In this document: one piece after another, positions 63,700-64,000 of the stretch | Position numbering within the stretch: position 1 is the first letter of the stretch | Layout: each line of letters opens with the position of its first letter | Source: Octopus sinensis | Lineage: Eukaryota | Length of the DNA stretch: 64,000 nucleotides | NCBI RefSeq assembly: GCF_006345805.1 | Contig: NC_043008.1 | Coordinates: 77,996,001-78,060,000, forward strand | Direction of reading: 5' to 3' | The notes under the pieces: generated by a model | What the model was told of the DNA's origin: nothing | What the model saw: only the letters and a program-made list of their open reading frames with translations | The model's database searches: none | Made by a program: the position numbers and the translations under genes

Positions 63700-64000
63700 T
63701 AGCGTTCACTACTTTCCTCTCGTTCTGGACTAAAGACCCTCGATGTTGGTTTTCGTCCGGTTTCCTTGTATGTCTCCACTCTCCTGTTTTGTTCCCAACT
63801 TTGACTCTCCATACATCCTAAATTTTATTTTAGAATTTATGGGATCAACTGGCTTTGAAGATTCATATTGCCATTGAATGCTCGAAATGAGGAGTAGATT
63901 GACAGCCGACAACTGATAAAGGGTCCGTTCTCTGTGTTTACTTGTTCTGTTTTCCATGTTTTCTCTCATTATTTACGTATTTAACTCGTTTGTTTACGCA
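63700..64000 (+). repeat. Dispersed repeat homologous to 8270-8575
   Basis: cctaaattt..ttagaatttatggga.caactg.ctttgaaga..gacaaccgacaactgat. Confidence 0.7.

Overview
AT-rich eukaryotic DNA made up almost entirely of repeats. The SINE/LINE repertoire and the (TA)n load suggest an octopod cephalopod (Octopus sp.); this is an inference. I found no host protein-coding gene, and most ORFs in the track are microsatellite artefacts. The window is a nest of decayed mobile elements: several Penelope-like elements (PLEs; RT + GIY-YIG), a HERO-like and an R4/Dong-like RLE retrotransposon, an RTE LINE, CR1-group LINEs (one apparently full length, with intact ORF1 and a 1.6-kb tandem array in its likely 5' UTR), three tRNA-derived SINE families, two mariners, four to five Helitron derivatives (two carrying PIF1 helicase remnants), a possible solo LTR and a 100-N gap. 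The main hidden signal is about 15 type-I hammerhead ribozyme motifs of several unrelated sequence families. Most have a palindromic stem III, several look fully intact, and one has a compensatory U3:A8 core. They sit at PLE 3' ends or inside long head-to-head palindromes (0.35-1 kb) embedded in (TA)n. Other observations: a 3' stem-loop shared by the SINE and LINEs, Helitron terminus shuffling and mariner capture, a twin-priming inversion next to the gap, and a 28-bp templated inverted insertion.
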